In this document: one piece after another, positions 59,395 to 64,000 of the stretch
Layout of the letters: each line of letters begins with the position of its first letter
Position numbering within the stretch: position 1 is the first letter of the stretch
Assembly: GCF_009914755.1 (NCBI RefSeq)
Contig: NC_060935.1
Source of the DNA: the human T2T-CHM13v2.0 reference genome, Homo sapiens
Strand: one strand, 5' to 3'
DNA: 64,000 nt
The notes under the pieces: generated by a model
The model's database searches: none
The model's input: the letters and a program-made list of their open reading frames with translations, nothing else
Told to the model about the DNA's origin: nothing
Translations under genes and position numbers: made by a program

Positions 59395-59620
59395 GCTTTT
59401 TTGAGTTGAAAGGGATGTTTGATCATCTGCTAACTTCTCAACTCTGGGTGGCACTCCCCTTTGTGCAATTCTTACAAGGTGGTTGCCCAATTTCTGCTGG
59501 ACTATCTTAAAACATTCAGGATGGGAAACCTTTCACCTCACAGTGTAGCCTTATTTCCTGCATTATAATTTCTATAAAACCATTTTTTTAAAAAAAATGG
59601 AAATCTGTTTTTCTCTGCCT
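59395..59620. mobile_element. L3/CR1-like relic
   Basis: 'gagttgaaagggatgtttgatcatct...aacattcaggatgggaaacctttcacctc'. Confidence 0.4.
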
Positions 59621-60144
59621 CATACTTCTTGGTTTTATTTAAGTAAAAATAAAGGCTTTAAAATACGTTACTGATCTTACAAATGGAATGTTTATTGTTT
59701 TTACACGTTTGAAAAAGTCCTCAATTCTACCCCAATTGTCTTCCTCCTTATGTTGATAAATTGTACACTAAATGCCTATCGAAAATTTATTCTTCACCCT
59801 ATCCACTTCTTCCTGATCCAAGATTTCTATTCTCATATTTCAGGCAAGGGAATCATTTTCTTTCACTAAGAAGTTTTCCCCTTCAGTGCTTCTATCTGTG
59901 AGGTCTCCTTTAGGACTACCACAAATCTATAGATTAGCTTTCAACTGCAATATGGCTATACTTGTAAGAATTACATGTTCTACTCTTAAACTGTCTTGTG
60001 AAAAAAGAGCTTTTTTTTTTGAGGCAACATCCCTTTGTCACTGGCTTAGTGGATCCTGCCTCACAGGGCAGAGTCTTTTTTACTTTCCACACCATATACA
60101 AGGCAGAGGTGGTAGCAGTGATCAAACATCAGAGGTGGTCTTCT

Positions 60145-64000
<3,856 letters not shown>

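Overview
Primate (human-like) nuclear DNA: AT-rich, CpG-depleted, and roughly half recognisable transposable elements by eye. I find no supportable host protein-coding exon, tRNA, rRNA, CRISPR array or CpG island, so it reads as a large intron or intergenic tract. I cannot name the locus. Main content: a full-length but dead L1PA4-like LINE-1 (40767-46897, minus, perfect 16-bp TSD), a full-length old L1PA15/16-type LINE-1 (20631-27574, plus) nested in an ancient L1M, several truncated L1s, nine Alus, MaLR and ERVL solo LTRs, DNA-transposon fossils (MER82, MER58A, MER33, Tigger3a, MER20, MER3), L2/MIR/L3 relics and microsatellites. Every ORF in the supplied track is either an L1/Alu/LTR/simple-repeat fragment or has no coding hallmarks. 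I do not see a new biological system. Best second-look items: (1) two AluSp copies 18,046 bp apart share three non-consensus variants within a 60-bp tract; (2) the L1PA4 antisense ORF0 region has a premature stop, a new in-frame ATG and a near-consensus splice donor; (3) ~80-bp direct repeats bracket an MLT1D LTR, next to a 99-bp tandem duplication; (4) a CCAAT/CRE-like/splice-donor cluster near 10.8-11.0 kb; (5) candidate minus-strand exons. Subfamily names come from my recollection of consensus sequences, not from a RepeatMasker run.
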